A DNA stretch of 64,000 bases from Eubacteriales bacterium (GTDB taxonomy: Bacteria; Bacillota; Clostridia; Lachnospirales; Lachnospiraceae), in assembly GCA_030536555.1 (NCBI GenBank), contig JAUNPU010000001.1:107814-171813 (forward strand). Reading direction: 5' to 3'. Below the pieces are notes generated by a model. That model had not been told where the DNA came from. It did not search any database and saw only the letters and a list, made by a program, of their open reading frames with translations. The number at the start of each line of letters is the position of its first letter. The stretch's first letter is position 1. Position numbers and translations under genes: made by a program. Shown piece after piece: positions 40,034-49,337 of the stretch.

Positions 40034-41068
40034 GTGAAGAAGATGATGAAAAAAGCAGCGGTCTGTGTGCTGGCGGCTGCGATGGTGACCGGTCTGACCG
40101 GCTGTGGCTCCCTGACTGACGGCAAGCGGATCATCCGTGTGTCCCATGCACAGTCGGAGACGCATCCGGAGCATCTGGGACTGCTGGCATTTAAGGAGTA
40201 TGTGGAGGAGAATCTGGGAGACCGGTATGAGGTCCAGATATTCCCCAACGAGATTCTGGGATCGGCTCAGAAGGCAATCGAGCTGACGCAGACGGGAGCA
40301 ATCGACTTCGTTGTGGCAGGTACCGCGAATCTGGAGACCTTTGCGGGGGTCTATGAGATATTCAGTATGCCGTATCTGTTTGACTCGGAGGAGGTATACA
40401 AGTCTGTGATGCAGGACACCGACTATATGGAGCAGGTGTACGAGTCCACGGACGAGGCAGGCTTCCGGGTGGTGACCTGGTACAATGCGGGAACCCGTAA
40501 CTTCTACGGCAAAAAGCCGATCCGGACACCGGAGGACTTAAAAGGACTTAAGATCCGCGTACAGCAGAGTCCCGCGAGTGTTGCCATGGTCAATGCCTTC
40601 GGCGCAGCGGCAGCTCCCATGGGCTTTGGCGAGGTGTACACGGCTATCCAGCAGGGTGTGATCGACGGCGCGGAGAACAATGAGCTGGCGTTGACCAACA
40701 ACAAGCACGGCGAGGTTGCCAAGTATTACACCTACAACAAGCACCAGATGGTGCCGGATATGCTGGTGGCAAACTTGAAGTTCTTAAACAGCTTAAGCGA
40801 CGAGGAATATCAGGTGTTCAAGGATGCGGCTGTCCTGTCTACGGAGGTGGAGATGGACGAGTGGGACAAGAGCATTGAGGAGGCGAAGGACATCGCCGTC
40901 AACCAGCAGGGTGTGGAATTCCTGGATGTGGACGTGGACGCCTTCAAGCAGGTGGTGCTTCCGCTCCATGAGAAGATGCTGAAGGAAAATCCAAAGATCG
41001 CAGATCTGTACAACCACATTCAGGCGGCAAATGAAGCAGCGAGAGGAGGAGAGCAGAATGGAAAATAA
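40034..41068 (+). CDS. TRAP transporter substrate-binding protein (DctP family lipoprotein)
   Basis: Lipobox LTGCGS and a DctP-like body. Start at GTG 40034 or ATG 40043. Confidence 0.85.
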   Translation: MKKMMKKAAVCVLAAAMVTGLTGCGSLTDGKRIIRVSHAQSETHPEHLGLLAFKEYVEENLGDRYEVQIFPNEILGSAQKAIELTQTGAIDFVVAGTANLETFAGVYEIFSMPYLFDSEEVYKSVMQDTDYMEQVYESTDEAGFRVVTWYNAGTRNFYGKKPIRTPEDLKGLKIRVQQSPASVAMVNAFGAAAAPMGFGEVYTAIQQGVIDGAENNELALTNNKHGEVAKYYTYNKHQMVPDMLVANLKFLNSLSDEEYQVFKDAAVLSTEVEMDEWDKSIEEAKDIAVNQQGVEFLDVDVDAFKQVVLPLHEKMLKENPKIADLYNHIQAANEAARGGEQNGK

Positions 41069-41609
41069 GCAGAATAACATGCAGGCAGAGGCGCAGGAGT
41101 GCGGCATGACCGCTGCCATGCATCGGGTGAGAAATGGCATCATGAAGGTGCTGGGTGTTGCCATCGTGGCGCTGTTTGCATTTATGACCCTGATCGGTTC
41201 CTACCAGATCATTACCCGCTACTTTTTCAACCGGCCCAGCACCGTGTCGGAGGAGCTTCTGACCTACTCCTTTACCTGGATGGCACTGCTGGCTTCCGCC
41301 TATGTGTTTGGAAAGCGGGATCATATGAGAATGGGATTCCTGGCGGACAAGATCACCGGTCCCGTAAGAAAATATCTGGAAATTGCCATTGATATGCTGG
41401 TGTTCGCACTGGCAGCGGTGGTCATGGTATACGGCGGTATCGCCATCACGAAGCTGACCATGATTCAGATTACGGCATCTCTGCAGGTGCCTATGGCTTA
41501 CATCTATGTGATCGTGCCGGTGACCGGCGTGCTGATCATGCTGTTCAGCGTCATGAATGCGGTGGACATGTATCATACAGACTTTTCAGCAGAGAGAGGG
41601 GAGGAGTAA
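41058..41609 (+). CDS. TRAP transporter small permease (DctQ family)
   Basis: 4-TM protein between the DctP and DctM genes. ATG at 41058 follows gaggaggag. Confidence 0.8.
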   Translation: MENKQNNMQAEAQECGMTAAMHRVRNGIMKVLGVAIVALFAFMTLIGSYQIITRYFFNRPSTVSEELLTYSFTWMALLASAYVFGKRDHMRMGFLADKITGPVRKYLEIAIDMLVFALAAVVMVYGGIAITKLTMIQITASLQVPMAYIYVIVPVTGVLIMLFSVMNAVDMYHTDFSAERGEE

Positions 41610-41612
41610 ACG

Positions 41613-42923
41613 ATGAATTCTGTAGCGATTGTGTGTGGACTGATCATTCTGGTCCTTCTGGTTGTGATGTTGCTTGCAGGTGTTCCGATTGCGGTGGCGC
41701 TGGCGGTATCCTCCATCTGCGCGATTCTTCCGGTACTGGATACAGGCGCAGCGGTGCTGACCGGTGCCCAGAGAATCTTTTCCGGTATCTCGGTGTTCAG
41801 TCTGCTGGCGATTCCATTTTTCATTCTGGCAGGCAACCTGATGAATAAAGGCGGCATTGCAATCCGCCTGATCAACTTTGCAAAGCTGTTTACGGGAAGC
41901 ATTCCGGGTGCGCTGGCACACACCAATGCGGTGGCAAATATGCTGTTCGGCGCAATCTCCGGTTCCGGTACGGCGGCGGCTTCCGCCATGGGCTCCATCA
42001 TCGGTCCCATCGAGGAGGAAGAGGGCTACGACCGCGACTTCTCTGCGGCAGCCAATATTGCAACAGCTCCCACGGGACTGCTGATTCCGCCCAGCAATGT
42101 GATGATTACCTACTCTCTGGTCTCCGGCGGCACTTCTGTGGCGGCCCTGTTCATGGCAGGCTATATTCCGGGAATCCTGTGGGGACTGGCTTGTATGGTG
42201 GTGATCTTCTTCTTTGCGAAAAAGAAGGGATACCGGAGCACGAAGAAGTTTACCGGCAAAGAAAAGGTAAATGTGGTCTTTCAGGCATTGCCCTGTCTTT
42301 TGATGATTGTGATCGTCATCGGCGGTATCATCCAGGGAATCTTTACGGCAACAGAGGGCAGTGTGGTTGCGGTGGTGTACAGTCTGGTGCTGTCACTGGT
42401 ATTTTATAAGTCCATCAAGGTGTCTGAGCTGCCGAAGATCTTTCTGGACAGTGCGGAAATGACGGGCATTATCATTTTCCTGATCGGCGTGTCCAGCATT
42501 ATGAGCTGGGTGATGGCATTTACAGGGATTCCGACGGCAGTATCCGAGGCGATGCTGAGTATTTCGGACAACCGGTATGTGATTCTGCTGATCATCAATG
42601 TGCTGCTGCTGATTATCGGCACCTTTATGGATATGACACCGGCGTGTCTGATCTTTACGCCGATCTTTCTGCCGATCTGCCAGCAGCTGGGGATGAATAC
42701 CATTCATTTTGGTATTATGATGATCTTCAACCTGTGTATCGGTACCATCACGCCGCCGGTTGGAACGACGCTGTTTGTGGGCGTGAAGGTGGGCGGCACG
42801 AAGATTGAGAATGTGATTAAGCCGCTGGTGGTGTATTTTGCGGCAATCTTTGTGGTGCTGATGCTGGTGTCCTATGTTCCGGCGATATCCATGTGGCTGC
42901 CGGGACTGCTGGGGTATGTGTAA
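41613..42923 (+). CDS. TRAP transporter large permease (DctM family)
   Basis: 436 aa polytopic protein with the FFILAGNLMNKGGIA.RL motif. Confidence 0.9.
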   Translation: MNSVAIVCGLIILVLLVVMLLAGVPIAVALAVSSICAILPVLDTGAAVLTGAQRIFSGISVFSLLAIPFFILAGNLMNKGGIAIRLINFAKLFTGSIPGALAHTNAVANMLFGAISGSGTAAASAMGSIIGPIEEEEGYDRDFSAAANIATAPTGLLIPPSNVMITYSLVSGGTSVAALFMAGYIPGILWGLACMVVIFFFAKKKGYRSTKKFTGKEKVNVVFQALPCLLMIVIVIGGIIQGIFTATEGSVVAVVYSLVLSLVFYKSIKVSELPKIFLDSAEMTGIIIFLIGVSSIMSWVMAFTGIPTAVSEAMLSISDNRYVILLIINVLLLIIGTFMDMTPACLIFTPIFLPICQQLGMNTIHFGIMMIFNLCIGTITPPVGTTLFVGVKVGGTKIENVIKPLVVYFAAIFVVLMLVSYVPAISMWLPGLLGYV

Positions 42924-42946
42924 ATTTGTGGTGAGTTTTTTTGAGG

Positions 42947-43495
42947 TCAGCTGCGGAGCAGAGCGGTTTTGGCTGAAATTTTTTCCTTGATTGCGGCTAC
43001 TGTGGCGGGGATGGTGGCTCGAGTGGTGGGGATGACGTGGGACTCGTAGGAACCGAGGTTCTGGAACTGGTGCCACATGGTTTCGACCAGCTCGGTGTTG
43101 GCTTCCTGGTCCAGTTTGGCGCGGTTGATGGCTCGCTTCAGAGTCTCTTCTTTGTCGGCTCGCAGGATGATGTAGTGAACCTCGTAGCCTTTCCGGACGG
43201 TGTCAAGCCATGGCTTCAGGAACCAGGGACCGATAATGCCGTCCACAATTACGTCGTATCCGCCGCGGGCGTAGCGCATGGCAGCTTCTGAGAATGCTTC
43301 TATTACAATCAGATTCTGCTCGTTGGATTCCGGCAGATGGGGCGGGATGGCTCCTTTGCTGAGATAGTGGTAGAAGTCGTCGGTGTGCATATGTACAGAT
43401 TTGTCCAGATCGGATTCTTGTGCCACGATGGATGAGATTGTGGTCTTTCCTGTTCCGGGTGCTCCGGTGATTATGATGATTCTTCCATGGTTCAT
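42947..43495 (-). CDS. P-loop NTPase/kinase-like protein (AAA_33-type)
   Basis: Walker A GAPGTGKTT seven residues from the N-terminus. ~182 aa. ATG at 43495; the longer track ORF has no support. Confidence 0.65.
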   Translation of the reverse strand: MNHGRIIIITGAPGTGKTTISSIVAQESDLDKSVHMHTDDFYHYLSKGAIPPHLPESNEQNLIVIEAFSEAAMRYARGGYDVIVDGIIGPWFLKPWLDTVRKGYEVHYIILRADKEETLKRAINRAKLDQEANTELVETMWHQFQNLGSYESHVIPTTRATIPATVAAIKEKISAKTALLRS

Positions 43496-43912
43496 CGGTA
43501 AATGTCCTTTCTGTGGATGTTTTGAAACAGTTGGTTTTGCAGATTTAGTGTAGCATAGTTTTATTGAAAAGTCATTGATAACCGGATATCCGGGGGTCAA
43601 TGACTTTTTGCAAAGCTGAAAAATTGTGAGGTATTCACAAAAACAGTTAGAGATATATGTGAAATATGGTCTATTGTTTTCGGTGGGAATTTTTGTTATA
43701 CTTAACGGGTGTTAAATGTTCTTTGACAAAATCATATCTATATAGCTGTCTAAAACGTAGCTGGGTCCACGCGGCATACAGACGGTTGGGGAACCCCGGA
43801 TGGGATTCTTCAAACAGATTGTATGAGAGGTGCCTCGTGACCACCTTGAGCCGCCAGCAGTACACCAGATGTATAGTCGATGAAGCAAGAAAATTGCAGA
43901 AGGAGGCTTACT

Positions 43913-45271
43913 ATGAAGGGAACTTTGCTGGTAAAGAATGTAAGACATCTTGTGACCTGTGATGATCAGGACCGGGTACTTGACGGAGTCAATGTGCTGG
44001 TGCAGGATGGAGTTGTAACGAGGGTTGGCTGCGGTGATGATGTGACAGCAGATGATGTGATTGATGCGTCGAATATGGTGATGTATCCGGGTCTGATTAA
44101 TACCCATCACCATCTCTATCAGACCTTTAGTCGTAACTTACCCCAGGTTCAGAACATGGAGCTGTTTCCGTGGCTGAAAACTTTATATGAGATTTGGAAG
44201 AACGTCGATGAGGACGTGGCTTACTACAGTTCACTCACCGGTATGGGAGAGCTGTTGAAAACCGGCTGTACTACCTGTCTGGATCACCATTATGTGTTCC
44301 CGAAGGGAAAATATGGCATTCTGGATGCTCAGTTTGCTGCGGCGGATGCGCTGGGCATGCGTTTCCATGCGACCAGAGGCAGCATGGATTTGAGTGTCAA
44401 GGACGGAGGACTTCCGCCTGACAGTGTGGTGCAGACGGTGGATGAGATTCTGGCAGACTGCGAGGAGGCGGTGAAGAAATTCCACGATCCGCAGCAGTAT
44501 TCCATGCATCAGGTGGCGTTGGCACCATGTTCTCCGTTCAGCGTGACGGGAGAACTCTTGAAAGAGAGCGCTGTGCTTGCGAGAAAGCTGAATGTGAGAC
44601 TTCACACCCATCTGGCAGAGACCATGGATGAGGAGAATTACACGCTGGAGCGCTTCCACATGCGCCCGCTGGAGTACATGGAGAGCCTTGGCTGGGTTGG
44701 ACCGGATGTGTGGTATGCACACGGAATCCATTTTACGGATGAGGAGCTGGTGCGTCTGGCAGAGACGAAGACCGGCGTGGCACATTGCCCGATTTCTAAT
44801 ATGAAGCTGTCTTCCGGCGTTGCGAAGCTTCCGCAGATGCTGAAGCTGGGAGTTCCGGTGGGGCTGGCTGTGGATGGTTCCGCAAGCAATGACGGCTCCA
44901 ACCTGCTGGAGGAGATGCGTGTGGCATTCCTGCTGCACCGCTTGAACTGGAGTCAGAATGCGCCGACCGGATATGATATTCTGAAAGCAGCTACAAGAGG
45001 AAGTGCGTCCCTCCTTGGCAGAAATGACTTGGGACAGATTGCAGAGGGAATGGCAGCAGACTTCTTCCTGATTGATTTGAACCGGCTGGAGTTGGTCGGA
45101 GCCCAATATGACGTGAAATCCATGCTTGGAACCGTAGGCTTCAAGGGCAGTGTGGATTACACGGTTGTCAACGGAAAGATTGTTGTGAAGGACGGTCAGC
45201 TGATCGGTGTGGATGAGCGTGCAATTACAGAAAAAGCATATGCTTCTGTAAATGCTTATCTTGAAAAATAA
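43913..45271 (+). CDS. Amidohydrolase-superfamily purine/pterin deaminase (8-oxoguanine deaminase-like)
   Basis: PGLINTHHHLYQT metal-binding motif plus downstream HLAE and VDGSASND motifs of the cog0402 deaminase group. Adjacent to a nucleobase permease. ATG at 43913 follows gaaggagg. Confidence 0.7.
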   Translation: MKGTLLVKNVRHLVTCDDQDRVLDGVNVLVQDGVVTRVGCGDDVTADDVIDASNMVMYPGLINTHHHLYQTFSRNLPQVQNMELFPWLKTLYEIWKNVDEDVAYYSSLTGMGELLKTGCTTCLDHHYVFPKGKYGILDAQFAAADALGMRFHATRGSMDLSVKDGGLPPDSVVQTVDEILADCEEAVKKFHDPQQYSMHQVALAPCSPFSVTGELLKESAVLARKLNVRLHTHLAETMDEENYTLERFHMRPLEYMESLGWVGPDVWYAHGIHFTDEELVRLAETKTGVAHCPISNMKLSSGVAKLPQMLKLGVPVGLAVDGSASNDGSNLLEEMRVAFLLHRLNWSQNAPTGYDILKAATRGSASLLGRNDLGQIAEGMAADFFLIDLNRLELVGAQYDVKSMLGTVGFKGSVDYTVVNGKIVVKDGQLIGVDERAITEKAYASVNAYLEK

Positions 45272-45354
45272 GGCTGATTGCGGGGATATTCTGGATGACA
45301 GGCTGCAGAAAAATGACTGCAGCAATGATTACATATTGGGAGGTTTTACTTGAC

Positions 45355-46668
45355 ATGAAAGAGAATAGAGGGTATGCAAAGGTTACAGAATTAAATGGAA
45401 CACCGAGGTTTTCAGAGGCGCTTCCGCTGGCGATGCAGCATGTGATGGCGATGATTGTGGGGTGTGTGGCACCAGCCATTATCCTGTCCGGGGTGACGGG
45501 ACTGAATGGTACGGAGCAGGTTCGTCTGATTCAGGCATCCCTGCTGGTATCCGGAATCGCTACATTGATTCAGCTGTTTCCACTTGGGCGCTTTGTGGGT
45601 TCCGGACTTCCGGTTATCATGGGAGCCAGCTTCGCCCATGTGCCGCTGCTGATTGCTCTTGGTGGCAAGTTCGGTCTGCCGACCGTATTCGGCGCACAGC
45701 TGATCGGCGGTGTTGTGGCAATCCTGGTAGGTCTGTTTTACCGGAAGCTCAGAAAGATATTTACTCCGCTGGTTACGGGAACCGTTGTATTTACTATTGG
45801 TCTGTCACTGTATCCGGTGGCGATTACCTACATGGCAGGCGGCGCAGGTGCACCGGATTTCGGCAGTCCGAAGAACTGGCTGGTGGCAATCCTGACTCTT
45901 GGAATCGTGACATTTTTCAACTATTTTGGCAAAGGAATCTGCAAGCTGGCATCCATTCTGATCGGCATCCTCTGCGGATATCTGATCGCGCTGTGCATGG
46001 GAATGGTGTCCTTTGCGGGTGTTGGAACGGCTGGATGGTTCCAGTTCACCACACCGCTGTACTTTGGTATGAAATTTGAGATTACATCCATCATCTCCAT
46101 GGCGATCATGTTCGTGGTCGGCTCTCTGGAGATCATGGGAGACTTTACTTCCACCGCAGGCGGCGGACTGAACCGTGAAGTAGAAGAGCATGAGATGTGC
46201 GGCGGTATTGCAGGTAACGGAATCATCTGTATCATCGGTTCTCTGCTGGGCGGACTTCCGACCGCAACCTTCAGCCAGAACGTTGGTATCGTCATCATGA
46301 ATAAGGTAGTCAACCGGATGGTGCTGGGACTGGCAGCAGTTGTCATTGTAGCAGCAGGTCTGATTCCGAACTTCTCAGCTCTGCTGACCACCATTCCGTC
46401 CTGCGTACTGGGCGGCGCAACCGTATCCGTATTTGCCATGATCGCCATGACCGGTATCAAGCTGATTGCAAAGGAAGGCTTCAACGTGAGAAATACGGCA
46501 ATCGTAGGTCTGGCAGTGGCAATGGGAAGCGGTGTCAACCAGGTGGCAGACTGTCTGCTGCTGTTCCCGGAGTGGGCGAAGACGATCTTCGGTACTTCAC
46601 CGGTAGTAGTGGCATGCCTGACGGCTGTGATTCTGAATCTGACGTTGCCGAAGGACCTGGGGGAATAA
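45355..46668 (+). CDS. Nucleobase:cation symporter-2 (NCS2) family permease (xanthine/uracil-type)
   Basis: Polytopic protein with NCS2-like motifs (LAMQHVMAMIVG, FSQNVGIV). ATG at 45355. Confidence 0.8.
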   Translation: MKENRGYAKVTELNGTPRFSEALPLAMQHVMAMIVGCVAPAIILSGVTGLNGTEQVRLIQASLLVSGIATLIQLFPLGRFVGSGLPVIMGASFAHVPLLIALGGKFGLPTVFGAQLIGGVVAILVGLFYRKLRKIFTPLVTGTVVFTIGLSLYPVAITYMAGGAGAPDFGSPKNWLVAILTLGIVTFFNYFGKGICKLASILIGILCGYLIALCMGMVSFAGVGTAGWFQFTTPLYFGMKFEITSIISMAIMFVVGSLEIMGDFTSTAGGGLNREVEEHEMCGGIAGNGIICIIGSLLGGLPTATFSQNVGIVIMNKVVNRMVLGLAAVVIVAAGLIPNFSALLTTIPSCVLGGATVSVFAMIAMTGIKLIAKEGFNVRNTAIVGLAVAMGSGVNQVADCLLLFPEWAKTIFGTSPVVVACLTAVILNLTLPKDLGE

Positions 46669-46960
46669 AAATCAGATGAGATTTGACGGGGAGGGAGACC
46701 TCCCCGTTTGTGATAAAACAGTTCTTGCTATTTTTGTTTCCTGTGTTATACTATAGATATTCCAGTAAGAAGATCATTTCCTGCGGAGTCAGTTCCGCAG
46801 AACAGATGTAACTGTCTTTCTGACAGTCTTTGGTGCCGATGGCACTGTGTTGACCGGTTCGGTCGTGAATTCGAGAATGGGAAATATGGGATGAGAGGAG
46901 GATTTTCATAACACTATTGCGGTAATTACAGATTTTGATTATACTATAAGGAGAGGATAT

Positions 46961-47857
46961 ATGAACGGGAATCCGATACAGTGGCATCCGGGATTTCAGT
47001 CAGCCTTGCAGGTGGAGCTGCAGGATGACAGCAGTTATCTGACATTTGAGAAGGAGCGGAACCTTACGCAGAAGCCCTTGCAGATTGACACAGTGATTAT
47101 CAAGAAGGAAGGACATCAGGTCAGCAAGAGTATTGGCAGGTTTTTCAGAAAGTACAATATTGTCGAATATAAGAGTCCCGATGATTATGTGAGCATCAAT
47201 GTGTTTTACAAGGTATTGGCATATGCATGTCTGTATCAGTCCGAGACAGAGCATGTCAATGAGATTGATCCGAGGGAACTGACGATTACGCTGGTATGCA
47301 GTCATTTCCCAAGAGAATTGATGAAGCATTTGTATGAGATGTTTGGGACAGAGGCAGAAGAGGTGGATGCAGGAATCTATCATCTGACGAAGGTGCCGTT
47401 TCCGGTTCAGCTTATTATCATCCCGAAGCTGTCGCGGGAAGAGTATGTGTGGATGAGCCGGCTGCGATATGATTTGACGGTGAAGGAAGATATTGAACCG
47501 TTATTGAAAGCGTATCGCAGTCATGACCACAGTCCGTTATATCAGTCTGTAATGAATCTGATTGTGAGAGCAAATAAAGATGAATATGAGGAGGCGAAAG
47601 GGATGTGCGATGCGTTGATGGAATTGTTTGCAGATGAGTTGAGGGAGAAAGGACAGAGTGCGTGGCTGGAGGGTCAGATGGATACTCTGATAACAATGGT
47701 GCGAAGAAAGTATGAGAAGGGACTGAGTACGGCAGAGACCGCAGACTGCCTGGAGGTGGCGGTATCCGTGATAGAAGATGTCTATGAGCAGCTTCGCCGG
47801 AATCCGGACGCAGACAATGCTGAGATTTGTAAACAGTTGAAAGCAGTGAATATCTGA
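46961..47857 (+). CDS. PD-(D/E)XK nuclease-family putative transposase (Rpn/YhgA-like)
   Basis: D...IVEYKSP core motif and a C-terminal helical region typical of Rpn-like proteins in Firmicutes. Confidence 0.6.
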   Translation: MNGNPIQWHPGFQSALQVELQDDSSYLTFEKERNLTQKPLQIDTVIIKKEGHQVSKSIGRFFRKYNIVEYKSPDDYVSINVFYKVLAYACLYQSETEHVNEIDPRELTITLVCSHFPRELMKHLYEMFGTEAEEVDAGIYHLTKVPFPVQLIIIPKLSREEYVWMSRLRYDLTVKEDIEPLLKAYRSHDHSPLYQSVMNLIVRANKDEYEEAKGMCDALMELFADELREKGQSAWLEGQMDTLITMVRRKYEKGLSTAETADCLEVAVSVIEDVYEQLRRNPDADNAEICKQLKAVNI

Positions 47858-47914
47858 TAAGAAAACGCCTTGTGAATGCAGGGCGTTTTGACGTATCGAT
47901 TAGATTTTATCGTG

Positions 47915-47943
47915 TTGACGGCTTCTGTAAGAACCCTTATAAT
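47915..47943 (+). promoter_or_regulatory. Host promoter immediately upstream of attL (pre-insertion promoter of the pfk leader)
   Basis: TTGACG (47915-47920), 17 nt spacer, TATAAT (47938-47943). Confidence 0.5.
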
Positions 47944-47954
47944 AGCGTTAGGTG

Positions 47955-48009
47955 CAAAAAAACCGGTCCCGAAGCACTGACTGCGACGGAACCGATTAAA
48001 AAGGGGAGG
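47955..48009. repeat. attL direct repeat
   Basis: c-a7-ccggtcccgaagcactgActgcGacggaaccgattaaaaaggggagg. It is 45/47 identical to 54884-54930 and has one extra A in the A-run. Confidence 0.85.
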
Positions 48010-48178
48010 TTATTGTAATGACCATTTTAGGCGGTTTATACCCGTTTAAAGTGGTCTTATTGTTATTCAATTATATTTTTTGGAATTTATTTTGATTTAT
48101 ATTAGTGTAATAATTTGGTGTAAATATTGGTGTATAGAATATTGAAAAATAGATGTATTACCATTTTTCAGAATTGTA

Positions 48179-48406
48179 TTATTTGTAATTATCATTTCTT
48201 GGATATGGATTAGGCGTATCTGTTAATCCAGCAAGATAATCCATACTGGTATCTAATGCCACTGCTATTCTTTTGCATTGTTCAAATGTATAATACCGTT
48301 TTCCACTTTCAATTTTTGAATAATCACTTTGGTCAATTCCTGTTAGAAGTTGCATTTTAACTTGTGTATATCCTTTAGATTTTCGCAATTCCTTTAATCG
48401 TGACAT
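48179..48406 (-). CDS. XRE-family HTH transcriptional regulator (element repressor candidate)
   Basis: LKELRKSKGYTQ....TGI.QS.YSKIE.G HTH_3 pattern. Divergent from the element's rightward genes. Confidence 0.85.
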   Translation of the reverse strand: MSRLKELRKSKGYTQVKMQLLTGIDQSDYSKIESGKRYYTFEQCKRIAVALDTSMDYLAGLTDTPNPYPRNDNYK

Positions 48407-48464
48407 GACTCATCTCCTTCATAATTATATTTTTTGCATAGTTCGATTATGTCATACTGACCTA

Positions 48465-48493
48465 TTGACAATAGGGTGAAATTGACCTAAAAT
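48465..48493 (+). promoter_or_regulatory. Rightward element promoter with overlapping 15-bp palindrome (operator candidate)
   Basis: TTGACA (48465-48470), 17 nt spacer, TAAAAT (48488-48493). The palindrome CCTATTG-A-CAATAGG (48461-48475) overlaps the -35. Confidence 0.55.
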
Positions 48494-48522
48494 GAGAATA
48501 TTACAAGAAGGAGGTAACAAAT

Positions 48523-48690
48523 ATGGGACGAAAATCAAATAAATCCAGTGATGGATACAATTCTGGTATTTACTATTATGAAGATGAACCTGATGAGAGG
48601 GATTGTCCAGATTGCAACGGTACTGGATATGACCCATTGGATGGTGGACAATGTGATAGGTGCAACGGTACCGGAGTTATTGACCGATAG
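48523..48690 (+). CDS. 55-aa protein with two DnaJ-type CxxCxGxG zinc-finger motifs
   Basis: My own translation gives MGRKSNKSSDGYNSGIYYYEDEPDERDCPDCNGTGYDPLDGGQCDRCNGTGVIDR. RBS gaaggagg lies 8 nt upstream. Below the 60-aa track cutoff. Confidence 0.55.
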   Translation: MGRKSNKSSDGYNSGIYYYEDEPDERDCPDCNGTGYDPLDGGQCDRCNGTGVIDR

Positions 48691-48742
48691 TAGCAAGGTG
48701 ACCCATTTTATGTCACAAAATTAACTGTGGGAGGAAAAAGGG

Positions 48743-48895
48743 ATGAGTAAAGAAATACGAAAGCCGGAAGAATTTGAAAGAAAAGCGAGAATACCATCAC
48801 CATATACTGACAATGAAAATGAAAGGACATGGTTGCCTAAAATCGGTACTGATGATAAACGAATGAAAGATTTGGAAAAAATAAGAACGTATTGA
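48743..48895 (+). CDS. Hypothetical 50-aa protein
   Basis: My own translation gives MSKEIRKPEEFERKARIPSPYTDNENERTWLPKIGTDDKRMKDLEKIRTY. RBS gggaggaaaaaggg lies upstream. No recognisable family. Confidence 0.4.
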   Translation: MSKEIRKPEEFERKARIPSPYTDNENERTWLPKIGTDDKRMKDLEKIRTY

Positions 48896-48912
48896 TTCTA
48901 GGAGATTTTACA

Positions 48913-49164
48913 ATGGGACTATTTAGTAGATTGTTTGAGTCATTGAAAAACATAGATTCGAGAGATGTGGAACGTGTTGCTAATGACTTATACGATGTAG
49001 TGGAAAAGAAAACGGATGAGGCTAGAAGAAAAGCTGAAAAGCAAGCAGCATCTCAGTTAAGACAAAAATCTGATGACCAGTTGAGCCGTGGATATGAAAA
49101 AAATAAAGATAATCCAGTGGCTGAAAAACTTATACGCCAAGAAATGGAACGTAGAAAAAAGTAA
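48913..49164 (+). CDS. Hypothetical 83-aa charged/helical protein
   Basis: ATG at 48913 (MGLFSRLF) follows aggag. Lys/Glu-rich. No recognisable family. Confidence 0.5.
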   Translation: MGLFSRLFESLKNIDSRDVERVANDLYDVVEKKTDEARRKAEKQAASQLRQKSDDQLSRGYEKNKDNPVAEKLIRQEMERRKK

Positions 49165-49299
49165 ATATTTTTGGTTAAATAATATAACTGTAAGAATAAG
49201 ACAAAGGAGGTTAAGACCATGAATAGAGTTATTCTTGCGGTTATATTAAAAGCACTGTTAGAAATCATTGATGTCATTACGAATGGCGATTGAGTATCT

Positions 49300-49337
49300 T
49301 GACTTCCAGATAGTTAAACTATCTGGGAGTCTTTTTT
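49300..49337 (+). terminator. Intrinsic terminator ending the early small-gene transcript
   Basis: Stem cttccagatagtt/aactatctgggag followed by tctttttttc. Confidence 0.7.

Noticed and set aside
46713-46960. Two hairpins (ctgcgga-gtcagt-tccgcag and actgtc-tttc-tgacagt) and a repeated TTATACTATA motif between the NCS2 permease terminator and the Rpn-like gene
   Set aside because: I could not define a promoter/terminator-bounded unit or terminal inverted repeats that would make the Rpn-like gene part of a discrete IS. The minus-strand ORF 46751-46987 looks spurious. The region is left unresolved.
48018-48095. 25-codon hydrophobic ORF (MTILGGLYPFKVVLLLFNYIFWNLF) directly after the GGGGAGG at the end of attL
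   Set aside because: An RBS-like sequence from the repeat happens to precede an ATG inside the element. The ORF is very short, has no support beyond hydrophobicity, and is possibly fortuitous in AT-rich DNA.
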